DNA from: Orbicella franksi
Lineage: Eukaryota
Assembly (NCBI GenBank): GCA_964199315.1
Contig: OZ116699.1
Coordinates: 26,102,001-26,166,000, forward strand
Direction of reading: 5' to 3'
Length of the DNA: 64,000 bases
Below are positions 60,020 to 64,000 of this stretch, piece by piece (positions within the stretch are counted from its first letter, which is position 1; each line of letters starts with the position of its first letter). The notes beneath the pieces were generated by a model. The model worked only from the letters and a program-made list of their open reading frames with translations. It had not been told where the DNA came from and searched no databases. The position numbers and the translations under genes were made by a program.

Positions 60020-61408
60020 ATGCTTCGTTTTGTTTTGTTTTTGTTTCGCTTCGTTTTGCAGATGATATCGCCAGGTTATTACTCCCAAGAATGCAATGCT
60101 CACAAGCAATGTAAAGACCCAGTAAAATATTGCCACATGTTTCTTTGCGTCGACTGTTTGAAAGAAAATGTAGCCTGCACACAAAATGGTCAGTGTTGTC
60201 CTTCATCAGAGTGTATCTACGGACGTTGCAAGACTGGGGCTACCGCCGGACAAGCAGGTGAAAGAAATTATCTGATAAAAAAAGTCTAATTTTTATTTAA
60301 CGATGTAGCACATATACGCTCGAGTTGCCTTCAGCTTCTTTACCAAAGCGAGGCCTGGTGCACAACCATTCATATGAAAATGAGTTTAATTTGCATGTGA
60401 ATGAAAATTCATCTTCATGTGAAAGGATGGGCACCAAGATCCGCTCTGAGAAGAGGCCAAAGGTAGTTCGGGAATAGCCTATTGATCATGTAAATGTTGA
60501 TTCATAACAGGCGCCTTCTGTGACAGGCAAAGTGACTGCAAAGACCAGGATCTCTGTTGTGTCCGTGAAGCTGCCATCAATCCCGCCATCTCGATTTGTA
60601 AGCCTGCTCTAGACGAACATCAAACTTGTGGACCGTACAATCAGTACCGTACACTGTACATTGGTGGTACTGTGCAACCGGCCTGTGGTCCATGCAAGCA
60701 AGGATTGACTTGCAAGCAAGTAGGGTAAGGAAAACGTTCAGGAAGTGGTAAAATGAAAAATGGGAATTAGTCGACAAGTAATATGGTTATCATCGTGTTT
60801 GTCCTACACAGAAGTTGCTTACATCCAGAGGGTGGTGCACCAATCTCCCGATCGGTGAAACACTTAGAAAGTCGAACTGTCGACTAGATCGCGAAAAACA
60901 CTAGCTCAGATTCTAGCAATCCGGCCACGGTACAATGCCTGTATGGCGTCCAAGTCGACACATTTTCTACTTACCAAAACGGAAAAAAAGAAATTCTTGC
61001 CTTGTCCATTCAAAATAGGAAACAAATGAAATTTTAGCGAGCTGGGAAACTATGTTAGTAGTAACCCCAGTCCAGACATTAGAGAATATCAGACCTGAAA
61101 TTATTTGTTCTCTCAAACTCCTAAAACTCAATGTTATCCAAACAACGACAACTTGAAAGTCCATGAAAAAAATCTTGACAAACTACTGACTAGAGTATTC
61201 GGATATTTCAGTTTCGGGTAGCCAGCACCGGCCCTATTATTTTTGTTTTTAATCTATAGCATTGTAATAAATTATTTTTCACTCTTGGAAGAAATAAAAG
61301 TTGTTTGTTTACAGCACTAATCATTGTATTATTGTTTTCGATTTTACAGTATATTCGGCGTTCATCAAGTTTGTCTCCCAGAAGCAGCTCCGGGTGGAAA
61401 GAAGTAAA
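60020..61408 (+). CDS. DKK3: Dickkopf-3-like secreted protein (two Cys-rich domains); N-terminus uncertain
   Basis: Exon about 60062-60257 (ECNAHKQC..YCHMFLCVDC..ACTQNGQCCPSSECIYGRC, Dkk N-terminal CRD), exon about 60511-60724 (AFCDRQSDC..CCV..ICKP..CGPCKQGLTCKQV, colipase-fold CRD), exon 61350-61408 (IFGVHQVCLPEAAPGGKK*). The short inter-CRD linker matches Dkk3-type proteins. Confidence 0.85.
60320..60483. mobile_element. Short MITE-like interspersed repeat in Dkk intron
   Basis: Shares TATGAAAATGAGTTT-ATTTGCATG with 21025-21135 and ends GGAATAGCCTATT. Confidence 0.5.
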
Positions 61409-64000
61409 TCAGAGTTGATAACGAACAGACCGCCTCAGAGGCAATGATCATGAAGCAACCTCGGAATTAAAAAAAAACCTTCCTTGTGTGCAGCCAGCAT
61501 TGCCGACCTGCAATTGCTTAGCAATAAACTTTTTAAGTGCGCGTCTAATCAGCGTTTCGCTTTTCTATAAACGAAAATCAATTTGTAACAGTGTTTAGTG
61601 TATGCATCGTTCACTTAAGCGAGTGTTATTCAAAGGACTTCATTTTGATTAATTCAAATTGTCTGGTAACTTTGCAACAATAAGAACGGTCTTCTGATAA
61701 ACGTAATTGAGTGTGTCTTCGCAGAGATACTCACTGCAAGATGTCGAACGACATAATCAAAATAATCGGAGCAAACATGCATTTATTCTTAAAATTTCCA
61801 GGAGCTAAAAATTTGAACAAATCAAGACTTTCAGCCGTAGTTTCTGCTTTAAATTCAAATAGTTTCCTGGGCTTATCTGCGTGTTATAAGTGGTACATTA
61901 AACTGACATTTTTTACCTCATCTAGTATGTGATACATAATTTTTAAAACCTTAAGTTATTAAATTGATGTCGAAAAAGAGTGATATAAATAATCTATCTA
62001 ATCTTATTACCCTACAGCAGAAACGTTTCTGAATGTTTCTTTTCTGTCTCGATAACAATGAAGTAATATGTCAAACACGAAAGACCGTGTTTGACCACAT
62101 TTCCAAACACCGAGAAGAGATTTGAAAATACGACGCGCAGCGGAGTATTTTTGACGAACTTCGAGGTGATTGGAAATGTGGTCAAATACGGTCTTGAGTG
62201 TTTGATAAATCTTCTCAATCGAAACTTAAAACTAAGGAGAAAACGGAGAAATAAAATCGTCAAAATCTATGCTAATTAAGATCAGATAACCACTCACCGT
62301 CACGGTCATGATTTCCTTTGCTCAAACTTGATGAATTATTAATGAGTTCCAGAAGTCGATATAACTGGGAAGATAAAACTCATTCACGTATAATTTTTGA
62401 TGGTATTTCATGGTATCATCAGTTACTAAAAGGCAAAGTGCAGAGCTGTTACTCTGTTCAAACATGTCCTCAAAACGCAGATTAGTGGTCCGTATTTTTA
62501 AAGTGGTCCCCGAATTCCAAGACAATTCAAATTTACCCTGCTGAACAACTTCATACAATGATTATTTCCAAAAACAAATTAATAGGCACTAAAAGAAAAC
62601 CTGATATACAATTCTGGACAATTTGGACAAACTTGAATCTAGTTTACTAGATGCAGCAATTTAGCAATACAATCTAAATGACTCAGCGCACTCCGCAAAA
62701 TGTAATTCCCAATCCACCGTGGGGGAAAAGATAACGACTGGTACATCTACACCATTAAAAGGCACAGAAAACGTCTAAAAGTTTCAGCAAAGACAGAGAC
62801 AAAGTATCACTTTCTATTTACCTAACTGGCTGTGTTATTCTCGCAAGGCATTGCAGTAAAATGTACAGCCGCCATTATTTTTCCCTACGGTGGATTGCAA
62901 TTTAACATTGGTTAGCCTAAAAGTCAAAGAAAACCCGCATTTTGCATCGCATGTTCCGGTTTAGTATGCGATAAAAGCATGATAAATGATAAGCGCGACG
63001 GGTCCATCATCAAGACTTTCATACTAGGAAAGAGTTTCCTTTAAGACACTTTTTAGTTCTTGTTTATAAAAGAGCCAGTTAGACACTGGATGAGCTAAAT
63101 TTGTGTCTTGAATGCTCGTAGTCTTCACTTTCCTTGCAAACGAGATGAGCAATCGAGGTGATCCATTTCGTAATGTGCAATGTGATGGGTATTTTTGTCA
63201 AAGGGAACAAAAAAAATTAAATGGCTGTTATTGCAGTTGAGTCTGCGATCAAATATTCTTTTGTTTTAAAAGACATGTAAACGAGGCGAAAGGTTCAAGA
63301 CAATGCAGAGTTGACCCTTCTGCCTCGTTTGTGTATCAAGCCGCTGATAACTGCAATAACAGCCATTGAAAATTTTTAAGACAATTCTAACCGCAATCCC
63401 AGAAAAAAACTCAGTTTTGATACAAAAACAGTGCAACACCATTATAGGAAAGGTGACTATATTTTCTAGTAATTTTAACTTTTAAATTACTTCAAGTTAA
63501 TGTGGATAATCAAAGCTTCATTAACTGCTATTAAAAGATTTATTGTCAACTTATAAGAACTAATGGCAAAATGACAAATCTACCAGATGGAATTAGAAGC
63601 AAAGCCTGCTGCCGAGATTGTGCTATAAAAATAATTCTTTAATCAACTCCATGCAACTTTTTTACACAATAAAAATAACGGAAATATCTACTGGTGTTTG
63701 TCGATGACTAATGGACTCTTTTGCTACTATACTGAATGATTTGTACCCCTGGAGATTTTGAATTCCAGACTTTCATAAGATGTAACACAAAAAAGGAGCC
63801 GACAGATAATGAAGAGGATAGATTACTTGAAGTAAATTCTCCCGCAAAGCTCTAACTTGATTTAAGGTGTGTTGCTTAAGATGTTCATCAGGTGTTAAAT
63901 TTGCTCCAAATATCTTTGCAATTAGAGGGAGTTGGAAAAAAAAGCTAGTCGATAAACGATCTTCTTGTCATGTAGGAATAAACAGCAAAAACTACAGGAT

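Overview
AT-rich, intron-rich animal genomic DNA. The repeat families and gene set suggest a cnidarian, probably a stony coral; this is inference, not proven. Coding content I could reconstruct by hand: (1) a 5'-partial adhesion GPCR on + (exons 289-10592; S/T stalk, GAIN/GPS with HLT, 7TM); (2) two intronless orphan coiled-coil ORFs (15035-15760, 21514-22257) sharing an EKEMVRYLH motif; (3) an intronless class A GPCR (24961-25833); (4) a complete 20-exon adhesion GPCR on - (42383-29480; signal peptide, VWA-like domain, S/T stalk, GAIN/GPS with HMT, 7TM), convergent with gene 1; (5) a Dickkopf-3-like gene on + (about 60020-61408). The rest is MITEs, SINEs, LINE tails and microsatellites. Two non-coding structures stand out. 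One is a three-copy intronic array (1327-2372) whose best copy is an 82-nt vault-RNA-like Pol III gene with A box, B box, closing stem, cUUCGg hairpin and T-run terminator. The other is a 2.5-kb hierarchical array (48275-50800) of about 16 small hairpins that keep an AYTTTCGG loop while the stems vary. Exon boundaries were read by eye and may be off by a few bases.
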